Part shown: piece by piece, positions 28,910 to 38,488 of the stretch | Numbering within the stretch: the stretch's first letter is position 1 | How the letters are laid out: every line of letters begins with the position of its first letter | Source: Trueperaceae bacterium | GTDB taxonomy: Bacteria > Deinococcota > Deinococci > Deinococcales > Trueperaceae | Length of the DNA: 64,000 nucleotides | Direction: 5' to 3' | Assembly: GCA_965215565.1 (NCBI GenBank) | Contig: CBDCDZ010000004.1 | Location: forward strand, 1,472,001 to 1,536,000 | Made by a program: the position numbers and the translations under genes | The notes under the pieces: model-generated | The model's database searches: none | Told to the model about the DNA's origin: nothing | What the model saw: only the letters and a program-made list of their open reading frames with translations

Positions 28910-31444
28910 TTAGCTCGAGGCTGAGCGTGACACCACGATCTCTCTAGAGCGCCCATCGTCGCGCCAGCGCACGTTCGCCGTGCGCCGCGTTTCGTCCCAG
29001 TCGGCGGTCACCTCTTCGTCCGCTAGTGTGACGCGCTCAGGCGGTGATGCCAAGCAGACCGCCACGATGAGGTCGCGCGGCGCAGGCTCGAACCTCTCGT
29101 AGTCGGGCGCGACCTCCACAAAGACCTTTTCATCCGCCTCGCTGACGCGCGTCTCCAAGCGCGCCACCTCTCCCTCTCGGTACGCGAAGCTGAGCCCGTC
29201 GTCCTCTAAGAGCGTCCAGTCACGCTCCCCCGCCGGGTAGATGTTCAGGGTGAGTTCGTCCAGAGGCTCCACCGTCGAAGCGCGCTCGTTGCCGAGTGGC
29301 AAGACTGCGCCCCCCCTCACGAAGACGGGGATGCGTCCGAGCGGCGCTTGTACGGTGTGATGCCCCGACGACACCCTCTGACCCGTCCAGAAGTCGTACC
29401 AGATGCCAGCGGGCAGATACACCATGCGGTGGCTTTGACCGGGGCGGTAGACGGGCGCGACTAAGAGGTGCGGACCCACCATCACCTGGTCATCAAGCTG
29501 ATAGACGTGCGCATCGTTGGGGAAATCGTAGACGAGCGGTCTGAAGGAAGGCTCGCCGCGCTCATGCGCGCCGTGCGCGAGCGTGTAGAGGTATGGGAGC
29601 AAGCGGTAGCGGAGCTTGATGGCTCGCCGCGCGATCTCCTCGACTTCGTGACCAAACGACCAAGGCTCTTGCGCGCGGGTGCCCTGGCAGGTGTGCGTGC
29701 GCATAAAGGGATAAAAGGTGCCGAGTTCTATCCAGCGGGCGTAGAGTTCGGGGTTGGCGTTTTCAAAAAAGCCACCGATATCTACGCCGACCCAAGGGGA
29801 GCCGACGAGCCCCATGCTCGAGAGCTGCGGCAAGCTCGCCTCCAGGTGCTCCCACCACGACGAGTTGTCGCCCATCCAGCTCGCGGCGTAACGCTGCGTG
29901 CCGACAAAGGCGCTGCGCGTCAAGACCCAGGGGCGCTCATCCGGGCGGTGGCGGTGGAGCCCTTCGAAGGTGGCCCGCGCCATCAAGTGACCGTAGAGGT
30001 TGTGCGCCTCCGCATGTGTTGTGGCGTGCATGACCGCTTTGTCGTCCCCTTGCCCGCCACCTTGTGGCGTCGCTAAGGGCATCGGCTTTTGGACGGGAAT
30101 CGCTTCGCTGTCGAAAGGCGCGTCGAAGATCGAGGGCTCGTTCATGTCCACCCACACGCCCGCGACGCCCGTGTCGATATGGCTCTCCTTCAACTCGTCA
30201 CCCCACCACGCGCGCACCTCCTCGCGGGTGTAGTCGGGGAAAAGCGCCTCGCCGGGCCAGCAGTAGCCCACGAAGCGCGAACCGTCCCCATTTTTGATGA
30301 AGACCTCCCGCTCCACGCCGCGTTCGGCTGCCCCATAACCGTCTAGGTCATTTTTGACGCCGGGGTCTAGGATGGTCACCGCGCGGACGCCCTCGTCGCG
30401 GAGGTCATCTAGCAGAGTTTTCGGCTCGGGAAACCGCTCAGGGTGCCACGTGAAGTCGCGGTAGCCGCGCATGTAGTCGATGTCGAAGTGCAAGACGTCT
30501 AGGGGAATGTCGCCGCCCCGGAAGTTCTGCACCAAGCGGCGCATCTCCTCGTCGCTGCGGTAGCCCCAGCGCGACTGGTGGTAGCCCAGAGCCCACAGGG
30601 GCGGCATGAAAGGACGCCCGGTCAGGCGCGTGATCTGCTCTGTGACCTCGGCGGGCGTCGGACCGCAGAAGAGGTACATGTCGAGTTCGCCGCCCAGCGT
30701 GAGCGACTCTAAGCGCTCCCAGTTGGCTTGTCCTACGTCGAACTGGCTGTAGAAACTCGACGCCAGAAACATCCCCCACGCTAAACCGGGGCGCACCGCT
30801 AGAAGCGCCGGGTGCGACTGATAGAGGTTGCTCTGGTGGCGTCCGTGCCCCCAGTCGGGATCGAAGTTCCAGTTCGTCAGGACGCGCCCGCGCCGCCCGA
30901 GCTTGCCCGTGCGCTCGCCTAAGCCGTACACGGCTTCATCTAAGGGCAGCGTTTTCGTCGAGCGCACCTCCAAGCGGGCGCGTCCGGGGGGCAGTTCGTC
31001 GCCCTTGCGCAGACGCATGTCGGTGTCTTGCGCCCGAATCTCGCGCCAGCGCGGGGGCAGCGCGTCCTCGGCAAAGGTCACGCCGCCCTGCTCGAGGCTC
31101 AACCTGCCGTCCTTGGCGAGGTGGACATTGAGTGAGTTTGCGCTCAGCACGAGTCCGCCCGTCACCTCTTGCACGGTCCAGTCGGGCACGCCGAAGCTCG
31201 CCTCCTGCTCCGTAATCGCCCAGGGACGGCGCGGCGCGAACGCGCCCGTGGCTGAAAAGTGGGCGCGGACGACGCCCTCAGCAAAGGACGTTAAACGCAG
31301 CTTGCCGCGCTCAAAGCTCGCCTCGACGCTCCTGCCGCGCTGCTCGTAGCCCTGGAGTGCGCCCGGCGTCTGCAAGTCGGGTCCCACCTCGAGCCGCGCC
31401 GTGCGCTCAACGGAGTCCACGGTGCTCCTTGAATACGTCAGCAC
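28910..31444 (-). CDS. glycoside hydrolase family 31 (alpha-glucosidase)
   Basis: PLWALGYHQSRW, DIDYM, WVDMNEP, WMGDN, FMRTH. Confidence 0.92.
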   Translation of the reverse strand: MLTYSRSTVDSVERTARLEVGPDLQTPGALQGYEQRGRSVEASFERGKLRLTSFAEGVVRAHFSATGAFAPRRPWAITEQEASFGVPDWTVQEVTGGLVLSANSLNVHLAKDGRLSLEQGGVTFAEDALPPRWREIRAQDTDMRLRKGDELPPGRARLEVRSTKTLPLDEAVYGLGERTGKLGRRGRVLTNWNFDPDWGHGRHQSNLYQSHPALLAVRPGLAWGMFLASSFYSQFDVGQANWERLESLTLGGELDMYLFCGPTPAEVTEQITRLTGRPFMPPLWALGYHQSRWGYRSDEEMRRLVQNFRGGDIPLDVLHFDIDYMRGYRDFTWHPERFPEPKTLLDDLRDEGVRAVTILDPGVKNDLDGYGAAERGVEREVFIKNGDGSRFVGYCWPGEALFPDYTREEVRAWWGDELKESHIDTGVAGVWVDMNEPSIFDAPFDSEAIPVQKPMPLATPQGGGQGDDKAVMHATTHAEAHNLYGHLMARATFEGLHRHRPDERPWVLTRSAFVGTQRYAASWMGDNSSWWEHLEASLPQLSSMGLVGSPWVGVDIGGFFENANPELYARWIELGTFYPFMRTHTCQGTRAQEPWSFGHEVEEIARRAIKLRYRLLPYLYTLAHGAHERGEPSFRPLVYDFPNDAHVYQLDDQVMVGPHLLVAPVYRPGQSHRMVYLPAGIWYDFWTGQRVSSGHHTVQAPLGRIPVFVRGGAVLPLGNERASTVEPLDELTLNIYPAGERDWTLLEDDGLSFAYREGEVARLETRVSEADEKVFVEVAPDYERFEPAPRDLIVAVCLASPPERVTLADEEVTADWDETRRTANVRWRDDGRSREIVVSRSASS

Positions 31445-31664
31445 TCAGCCCTAGCTCAATCCCACACCACGCCACTTTGCGCCCCCTCTTATGCCCCTCG
31501 AGATTCATCATGGACGCTAAACTACCACACCTGCGCCGCACCGCTTTGGGCTCGAGACTGCCTTCACTCAGGGTCCTCCCGGTGACAGCGTCTCTTCTAT
31601 AGAGGAATGTACTCAGAAGGTTGGAGGACTAAAACCAGGCTGACTTCGCCCGTCCAACTCCGCT

Positions 31665-32186
31665 CTAACCCTCCTCTCTCAATGCCACCGCCGCGTAGAT
31701 ATCGCGCGGTCCGTACCTCGAGCGTCGCCTGCCTACCTCTTTTACCTCGCTGAGACCGACTCGGGGCGCGAGCCGCTTGAAGTGTGAAAGGGGCACCGGA
31801 AAAGGAATCCAAGGGCTCCCTTTAGCAACGTCATATTCAACCAAGAGGAACGCGCCGCCGGGCTTGAGGTAGCGCGTGAGTTGCCCCAACACGCGCTCGT
31901 GACGGCGCACGAAATGTAGAGCGTTCGCCATGAGAATGCCGTCCAAGTCGGGCAGGTCCAAGGTCCGCGTGAAGTCCGCTCGGACGGGCGTGAGTATCGC
32001 GCTCTGTGAAGCTGAGCCGGAGAGGGAGCGCTGCCGGTCGACTGCGTACACGCGCCCTTTCGCGCCCAAGAGGTCAGCGAGCGCGCGGGTGAATACGCCC
32101 GAACCCGCGCCTAAGTCAGCCCAAACGCCGCCCGCGCCGGGCGCGACGCCCGCGCGGATAAGGGAGAGCGCGTCGGCGTGCTCCAT
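31665..32186 (-). CDS. class I SAM-dependent methyltransferase
   Basis: WADLGAGSG, ANALHF, LKPGG. Confidence 0.85.
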   Translation of the reverse strand: MEHADALSLIRAGVAPGAGGVWADLGAGSGVFTRALADLLGAKGRVYAVDRQRSLSGSASQSAILTPVRADFTRTLDLPDLDGILMANALHFVRRHERVLGQLTRYLKPGGAFLLVEYDVAKGSPWIPFPVPLSHFKRLAPRVGLSEVKEVGRRRSRYGPRDIYAAVALREEG

Positions 32187-32188
32187 CC

Positions 32189-32734
32189 TTAGCGTTCACG
32201 AAACCTGTCATATTCGGCGGGTAGCTCGAGCCCAAACCGCTCACAGAGCGCCGCTACGTCGCGGTAATCGTCCATGTCCGGCTCGTAGCCCGTATGGAAT
32301 TTGACTATCCACGCTGGTGAGATGCAGCGAACATGCTGATCCGCAATCACGCCGACGCCGGTTAGAGACTCGAGCGGATAAGGACATCCGTACATGTTAT
32401 CGCCGTCTGCGTTGAAGAGGTAAGAATGAACGTCCACCATATGCCCGGCATCATCCGCCAGGACGAAGTTACACGCCCGCGTGTCGTCCCGCAAAATCTC
32501 TTTGTAACTTCTGCTGCGAAGAAGCTCACGCAGCCTGGGCACGTCGCCATGCGACACCGCGATATCTAAGTCTTCATGCGCCCTCGTTTGTTCACCGAGC
32601 AATGCGTCTACGCCCCAGCCGCCGTCTACGTGGGTGACGACTCCGTTATTTGTAAGAAACGCGGCGAGCGCGGCGGCGTCAGGCGCGCTCATCTCGACGT
32701 TCTGCTCAGCGCGGTAGTCTTCGATAGTTTTCAT
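32189..32734 (-). CDS. lincosamide/aminoglycoside nucleotidyltransferase-like protein (Lnu(A)/ANT(2'') fold)
   Basis: DGGWGVDALLGEQTRAHEDLDI, VDVH, FHTGYE..D. Confidence 0.8.
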   Translation of the reverse strand: MKTIEDYRAEQNVEMSAPDAAALAAFLTNNGVVTHVDGGWGVDALLGEQTRAHEDLDIAVSHGDVPRLRELLRSRSYKEILRDDTRACNFVLADDAGHMVDVHSYLFNADGDNMYGCPYPLESLTGVGVIADQHVRCISPAWIVKFHTGYEPDMDDYRDVAALCERFGLELPAEYDRFRER

Positions 32735-32805
32735 GGTAAAGCCTCTTATCGCGGCGCAAGGTGACAGTTAAGTGCCCGGCAGAGCAACCTCGTATAGCCT
32801 TATGA

Positions 32806-32940
32806 TAGCAGGTATCATCTGGTCAGCTACACTCTCACTAAAAAGAACATCGTCTAGCACGCACTTTCAGGGATGAAGTTCCGTTACAGCGAAGCTGTGA
32901 AATCTGCGGAGAAGTGTAGCAATGATAAGTGGAACTGCTA
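32806..32940 (-). mobile_element. MITE-like copy E
   Basis: TAGCAGGTATCATCTGG...CTAGCACGCAC...GGAACTGCTA. Confidence 0.78.
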
Positions 32941-33050
32941 TAAGTAAGCGCAACTGTACCCATAACGTATCCATCAACTGCGCTTCGAAGTAGCGAGCAG
33001 TCTCAAGTTGAACGACTCGGGGCACGCGGCATCTGTTAAGCTACCCCTCC

Positions 33051-34256
33051 ATGCCCTCGCGCTTCGTTGTCTTCCTCGCCTTTTTGCCCGCCTACTTCCT
33101 CTCCTATTTTCTGCGCTCTACAAACGCCGTCATCGCCGAAGACCTGACGCGCGACCTCTCGCTCACCGCGTCGCAGTTGGGGCTCATGACGAGCCTTTTT
33201 TTTGCCGCGTTCGCCGCCGCGCAGCTTCCCATCGGCTCGCTCCTAGACCGCTACGGTCCGAGGTGGATGACGCCACTTCTGATGCTCTTCGCGGTGCTGG
33301 GCAGCCTCGTGTTCGGTTTCGGGGAGTCGTTCACGGCTCTGGCTGTCGGCAGGACGCTCATCGGTCTGGGCGTCGCGGGCATCTTGATGGGGGCGCTCAA
33401 GTCGTTTAGCGGCTGGTTTTCGCCTAGCAGCTTTACGAGGGTCTCGAGCCTCTACCTCTCGCTGGGCTCGCTGGGCGCACTCACCGCCGCGACACCTCTC
33501 GCCCTACTGAGTGCATCCTTCGGCTGGCGCAGCGTCTTCTTCGGCGGCGCAGCCGTGATTCTCCTGAGCGCCCTACTCATCTTATGGCTAGGGCGCGACG
33601 CGCCCACTACGGTGGAACAAACGGGTGAACAAGGCAAGGGCAGCTTCGCGGACATCTTTCGCAGCTTGGCGTTCTGGCGCGTCGCCTGTTTGAACTTCGC
33701 GCTCGTCGGCAGCTTGTTCGCCTATCAGAGCCTCTGGGCGGGACCTTTCTTGAGCGACGTGTTGGGGCTTTCCAGCGTGGCCGTCGGCAACCTCTTGCTC
33801 GTCTTGAGCGGCGGCATCACGCTGGGCTATTTCGTCGCCGGATTTTTAGGAGAACGTTTCGGCTTGGGGCGCGTGCTCGCCGTTGCTGCGCTCGTCTTCA
33901 CGCTGACGCAAGTCGGTTTGGCGCTCTTCGACTCGAGCTGGTCTCGCCCCGTCCTCACGCTCCTCTTCGCCGCCTTTAGCGTTTCGTCCGCCTTCGCCGT
34001 GCTGATGTTCGCGCAGCTTAGGACCATCTTCCCGCTGCACCTCACTGGGCGGGCGATCACAGCGGTCAACCTCTTCGGCATCGGCGGCAGCGCCCTTTTG
34101 CAGTGGGGTTTGGGGCTCCTCATCGAAGGGGTGGCGGGGAGCCAGAGCGGACCCTATCCGCCAGAGGCGTACAGCGCCGCCTTTTTCTTCACCGCCGCGC
34201 TCTCGTTCGCCGCGCTGCTCTTCTATCTGCCGCTCCTCAGGGGCGCGAAAGCGTAG
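33051..34256 (+). CDS. MFS transporter
   Basis: About 12 hydrophobic segments; motif A GSLLDRYGPR. Confidence 0.88.
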   Translation: MPSRFVVFLAFLPAYFLSYFLRSTNAVIAEDLTRDLSLTASQLGLMTSLFFAAFAAAQLPIGSLLDRYGPRWMTPLLMLFAVLGSLVFGFGESFTALAVGRTLIGLGVAGILMGALKSFSGWFSPSSFTRVSSLYLSLGSLGALTAATPLALLSASFGWRSVFFGGAAVILLSALLILWLGRDAPTTVEQTGEQGKGSFADIFRSLAFWRVACLNFALVGSLFAYQSLWAGPFLSDVLGLSSVAVGNLLLVLSGGITLGYFVAGFLGERFGLGRVLAVAALVFTLTQVGLALFDSSWSRPVLTLLFAAFSVSSAFAVLMFAQLRTIFPLHLTGRAITAVNLFGIGGSALLQWGLGLLIEGVAGSQSGPYPPEAYSAAFFFTAALSFAALLFYLPLLRGAKA

Positions 34257-34265
34257 AATCAGCTC

Positions 34266-35285
34266 ATGTCAGAAACGAAATCCGCAGCATATAAACGCGC
34301 TGGCGTTGATTTAGAGGCGAGTGAACAGACGCTAAATTTAATCAAAGACGCTGTGAAGCGCACCTACACCCCTAACGTCTTAGCAGGGCTCGGCGCGTTC
34401 GGCGGACTTTACAACGCAAATGATCTCAAGAGGTTGAATAACCCCGTGCTCGTCGCCTCGACGGACGGCGTCGGCACGAAGACGAAAGTCGCGGCGGCGT
34501 TAGGAAGAACCTATACGCTCGGCTTCGACATCGTGCACCACTGCGTGAACGATATTCTAGTGCAGGGCGCGAAACCGCTCTTTTTTTTAGATTATGTGGC
34601 GGCGGCGAGGCTCGAGCCTCCTCTCATCGCGGACCTCATCACCGGCATCGCCGAGGCGTGCGAATCGCTCGGCATTCCCCTCTTGGGCGGCGAAACCGCC
34701 GAGATGCCCGGCGTTTACGCGGAAGGCGAATTCGACTTAGTCGGCACCATCATCGGCTTAGTCGATAAAGGTAAAATCGTAGATGGCTCTCAGATTAAGC
34801 CAGGCGACAAACTTCTCGCGCTCATGTCGGGCGGCTTGCAGACGAACGGCTTCAGCTTGGCGCGGCGCGCGTTGGCGGGTAAGTTACACAATGCTTTTGG
34901 CGAAAGTGCCGTGGGCGAAACGCTGCTCACGCCGCACCGCTCGTATTTGGAAACCGTCACGCCTCTTTTGGAAAGAGGTCTCGTACGCGGCATGGCGCAC
35001 ATCACGGGCGGCGGTCTGCCGGGGAACGTGCCGCGCATCTTACCGGACGGGCTCGGCGCGAGGGTTGAAAGAGGGAGTTGGAACGTGCCAGAGATTTTTG
35101 GGCTTATTCAAAGAGAGGGTCAAGTGGATGAAGCGGAGATGTTCGACGTTTTCAACATGGGCGTCGGCTTCGTGCTCGTCGTCTCGCCTGAAGAAATTGA
35201 AGAGGTGCAGCGCTTGGCGGCGGAACCGCTTTATCTAATCGGTGAAGTCGTCGAAGGTAGCGGCGTAGAGATCAGTTATGCTTGA
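34266..35285 (+). CDS. purM: phosphoribosylaminoimidazole synthetase
   Basis: YKRAGVD, STDGVGTK, GGETAEMPG, HITGGG, FNMGVG. Confidence 0.95.
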   Translation: MSETKSAAYKRAGVDLEASEQTLNLIKDAVKRTYTPNVLAGLGAFGGLYNANDLKRLNNPVLVASTDGVGTKTKVAAALGRTYTLGFDIVHHCVNDILVQGAKPLFFLDYVAAARLEPPLIADLITGIAEACESLGIPLLGGETAEMPGVYAEGEFDLVGTIIGLVDKGKIVDGSQIKPGDKLLALMSGGLQTNGFSLARRALAGKLHNAFGESAVGETLLTPHRSYLETVTPLLERGLVRGMAHITGGGLPGNVPRILPDGLGARVERGSWNVPEIFGLIQREGQVDEAEMFDVFNMGVGFVLVVSPEEIEEVQRLAAEPLYLIGEVVEGSGVEISYA

Positions 35286-35382
35286 TGTTGACACGTGCGA
35301 AATAAGCCAACGCGCTGGCGAGCAAAGGAAAGGCTAGGTACGTAAGACACCTAGCCACCTCCATAGGGAGGATTTTATATAC

Positions 35383-35928
35383 CTAGAAGAAAGCAATAGC
35401 TGCTTGTAAGCAGACCACTAGCTCCTCTAGGTTTTCCTGCCGGTTAAAGATGCCGCGTACACCCCGTTTGAGGGCTCCACGGGCACGAGCGGAGACCGCA
35501 AGCGCCTCGGTGACTAAAACGGTCCTGACCTGAGGCGATGGATTTACTTCAATGCCCATCAGATGGGCTTCTATATAATCCATCTCTGAGGATTCAAGCT
35601 CAATTTGAGGTGGATACTCGCACCGCTTCTTTTCGAAACGCTCTTCGTATTCCTCTTCAAATTGAGGATAGATATCCTCAACCAGTATTTGAAGAGCGAC
35701 GGAGGTGTCCCACATCCTCTTCATGTCCTCGGGATAGTCTACCTGTTTCGATTTCAGGTATTCTTCCCAGAACTCCAGCTCTCGCCGGAGCATTTGAGCC
35801 ACAATGTCGAGCAACTCCTCCTTAGTCATTGCCTCGAGGGAGGCGTTGACCCTTTGAAGCATCACCGGATCACCGGTGGTGATTGCCACCGCTGCGTCTT
35901 TGACAAGCTTCGTAATCTTTTCGTCCAC
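35383..35928 (-). CDS. hypothetical acidic protein
   Basis: 181-codon ORF co-oriented with the upstream GNAT gene; no motif recognised. Confidence 0.5.
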   Translation of the reverse strand: MDEKITKLVKDAAVAITTGDPVMLQRVNASLEAMTKEELLDIVAQMLRRELEFWEEYLKSKQVDYPEDMKRMWDTSVALQILVEDIYPQFEEEYEERFEKKRCEYPPQIELESSEMDYIEAHLMGIEVNPSPQVRTVLVTEALAVSARARGALKRGVRGIFNRQENLEELVVCLQAAIAFF

Positions 35929-36025
35929 GGTAATGTAGTCGGTAAAGTTGACCTGTTATTTTTAGCATATTTAGCGCAGCCTCAAGACTTTAAGGATTAA
36001 ATCCTCTCAAATACCAGCTACAGAG

Positions 36026-36535
36026 CTATCGCAGAGCTATTTTGGTTGACGAAACGCAGAAGTGCACTACGCCCGCCCCGTAGAGGTCCACCGCGCACAG
36101 CTTCATACCGACTTTTTCTAACACGGCGACAGACGCCTTATTTTCCGGCACAGCCGCCCCATAAAAGGTCTTAGCAAGCTCTAACTTGAAGCCTTCCTCG
36201 AGACACGCCCGCGCCGCCTTTAGCGCCAGCCCGCGTCCCCACACCTCTTGAATGAGACCGTAGCGAAGGTCTATGTAAGAGGTATCACGGACGAACTCGA
36301 GCCCCACATAGCCAACCGTCTGCGAGTTTAGGGTCAAGAGGTACGAACCGAACCCGTGCGTTTCCCAGTGCGCGATTCTATCGCGCAAGTATCCTTCAAT
36401 CATCGCTTTGGGGTAGGGGCCTTCGTTCGGCAAGAAGCGCGTTAATATAGGGTCAGAGAGGTAAGTGCGGAAAAAGTCTAAGTCGTCAGGCGTGGGCTTG
36501 CGGTAGATGAGGGGCGGACGCTCGAGCATGGTCAA
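36026..36535 (-). CDS. GNAT (RimJ/RimL-like) acetyltransferase
   Basis: WGRGLA, NKASVAVLEKVGM; 4-nt overlap with the cysteine desulfurase. Confidence 0.85.
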   Translation of the reverse strand: MTMLERPPLIYRKPTPDDLDFFRTYLSDPILTRFLPNEGPYPKAMIEGYLRDRIAHWETHGFGSYLLTLNSQTVGYVGLEFVRDTSYIDLRYGLIQEVWGRGLALKAARACLEEGFKLELAKTFYGAAVPENKASVAVLEKVGMKLCAVDLYGAGVVHFCVSSTKIALR

Positions 36536-37668
36536 GCCGCGAAGAGCCGCGCCTGTTCCGCCACCTCTTTGAGAGCGTCAGCGGTGTACTCGAGCATCTC
36601 CTCCGTCACGCCGCGCCCGAGTGAGAAGCGCACGCTCGCTTTAGCTTGGGCGTAAGGGAGCCCCATCGCCAAGAGGACGTGGCTCGGCTCCAACGTCCCA
36701 GCAGCGCACGCCGAGCCCGAACTCGCCGCGATTCCTCGGCTGTCGAGCCCCATCAGCAGCGCCTCACCATCCGCGCCCGCTACGCTGACGTTCACGTGCT
36801 TAGGACCTCTCGGCGCGTGCACCGCGTTGAGCGAGACGCCCTCGATTTGGAGGAGGCGGCGCTCTAACCTGTCTCTAAGTCTTGTGATGACCTCTTTATC
36901 TTCGTTCAGACGCGCTCGCACAAGTTCCGCCGCCTTGCCCATCCCTACGATGGCGGGCACGTTGAGCGTTCCCGCCCGTAGCCCGCGCTCCTGCTCGCCG
37001 CCCAAGAGGAAGGGGGGCAGCTCTAACCCCTCTCGCACGTAGAGTACGCCAACCCCTTTGGGTCCGTGCGCTTTGTGCCCGGAGATAGCGAGCATGTCCA
37101 CGCCCAGCGTCTTCACATCAACGTCCAGCGTACCGAACGCCTGCACCGCGTCGCAAAAGAGAAGTGCGCCCGCGTCATGAACGACGCGGCTGATAGCAGG
37201 AATGTCGGTAACGACGCCCGTCTCGTTATTCACGAGCATGAGCGCGACGAGCGCGGTGTCGGGGCGGAGGGCGTTTTTAACCGCGTCAGGGGTAATTTCG
37301 CCGTGCGCATTGGGCTTTAGGTAGGTGACAGGATGACCTTGCTGCTCCAAAACCTTGCACGTCGTCAAGACCGCCGAATGCTCCAAGGCGCTCGTGACGA
37401 TGTGCTGACCCGGCTGAAGCTGCGCCACTGCCCTTAAAGCGTGGTTGTCCGCCTCGGTTGCGCCCGAGGTGAAGATGAGTTCTTTGGGCTGCGCGCCGAG
37501 CGCTTCGGCAACCGCTTCACGCGCGCCCTCCACCGCCCGCCGCGCCCGCCGACCGTAGCCGTGCAAGCTGGACGGGTTCGCGAAGTCACCGCACATAGAG
37601 GGCAGCATCGCTTCTAAGACCTGCGGGTCCAAAGGCGTCGTCGCCGCGTAATCGAGATAAACATTCAC
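36532..37668 (-). CDS. iscS: cysteine desulfurase (IscS/NifS family)
   Basis: YLDYAATTP, SGHK..GPKG, SSGSAC; GTG 37668 with GAGAGG RBS. Confidence 0.9.
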   Translation of the reverse strand: MNVYLDYAATTPLDPQVLEAMLPSMCGDFANPSSLHGYGRRARRAVEGAREAVAEALGAQPKELIFTSGATEADNHALRAVAQLQPGQHIVTSALEHSAVLTTCKVLEQQGHPVTYLKPNAHGEITPDAVKNALRPDTALVALMLVNNETGVVTDIPAISRVVHDAGALLFCDAVQAFGTLDVDVKTLGVDMLAISGHKAHGPKGVGVLYVREGLELPPFLLGGEQERGLRAGTLNVPAIVGMGKAAELVRARLNEDKEVITRLRDRLERRLLQIEGVSLNAVHAPRGPKHVNVSVAGADGEALLMGLDSRGIAASSGSACAAGTLEPSHVLLAMGLPYAQAKASVRFSLGRGVTEEMLEYTADALKEVAEQARLFAA

Positions 37669-37686
37669 GGATAAACCTCTCAACAA

Positions 37687-37710
37687 AACAAGGGGTTGCA
37701 ACCCCTTGTT
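37687..37710. repeat. REP-like perfect palindrome AACAAGGGGTTGCAACCCCTTGTT
   Basis: Between the Rrf2 and iscS genes; related to 25244-25263. Confidence 0.55.
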
Positions 37711-37776
37711 CATATTCTGGAACCTCTCACCTAAACTGATGCAAATGTAACTGAAGTGGGCTAAGCTCGGCTGAAC

Positions 37777-38223
37777 CTAATTTGCGCTCGTGAACTGTTC
37801 GGGGAGGGTCTCGAGCTGCAAAAGTTGCCGCTCCGCGACGAGGTGCGCCAGCGTCGCCCTGCCGAGCACACCCCGCACCGCCTCGTCCACGCGGTTCCAC
37901 AGCGATTCCGTCGAGCAGTGTCCGGTGTGTTCGCACGCGCTTTCGTCTTCGATGCAGGCGACGGGCGCGAGGCTGCCCTCCATCAGCTCGACGACTTCTA
38001 ATGCGGTGATTTCGTTCATAGGGCGCGCCAAGCGGTAGCCGCCGTACGCGCCGCGCACCGACTCGACGATACCCGCGCGGCGCAGCACGGCGACGATCTG
38101 CTCCAAGTAGTGCTGGCTGATGCTCTGCCGCTCCGCCACGACTTTGAGGCTCGTCGGCGCGTCGCTCAGGGCGATTTCAACAAGCGCCCGCATTCCGTAC
38201 TGTGCTCTCGTGGATACCCACAT
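37777..38223 (-). CDS. Rrf2-family transcriptional regulator (IscR/CymR-like)
   Basis: YLEQI, SVRGAYGGYRLA, three Cys (C-X6-C-X5-C). Confidence 0.9.
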   Translation of the reverse strand: MWVSTRAQYGMRALVEIALSDAPTSLKVVAERQSISQHYLEQIVAVLRRAGIVESVRGAYGGYRLARPMNEITALEVVELMEGSLAPVACIEDESACEHTGHCSTESLWNRVDEAVRGVLGRATLAHLVAERQLLQLETLPEQFTSAN

Positions 38224-38240
38224 AGCCTCTCCTTAATTTG

Positions 38241-38435
38241 TAGCGTTTCCTGCGAGTATCATCTTTGAACGCGCGTGCTAGTCAATATTTATCCAAGTGA
38301 TACTAAAGTGAAGTTTAGATGTCGTACTTTTGACATCTAAACCGCGCGGATGCGCGTACCCTCAGACGCTCTCAATTTACGACATCGTTCTTTCAGTTCA
38401 GTATGAGAGCGTTTATAACCGGATGATACCCGCGA
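38241..38435 (+). repeat. degenerate MITE-family copy I
   Basis: TAGCGTTTCC-TGCGAGTATCATCTTTGAACGCGCGTGCTAG...GAGAGCGT..AACCGGATGATACCCGCGA. Confidence 0.6.
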
Positions 38436-38488
38436 CCGTCAATCTCGGGTATTCTGTAGGGAATTATACGCTATCTGCGTGCGGAGCG

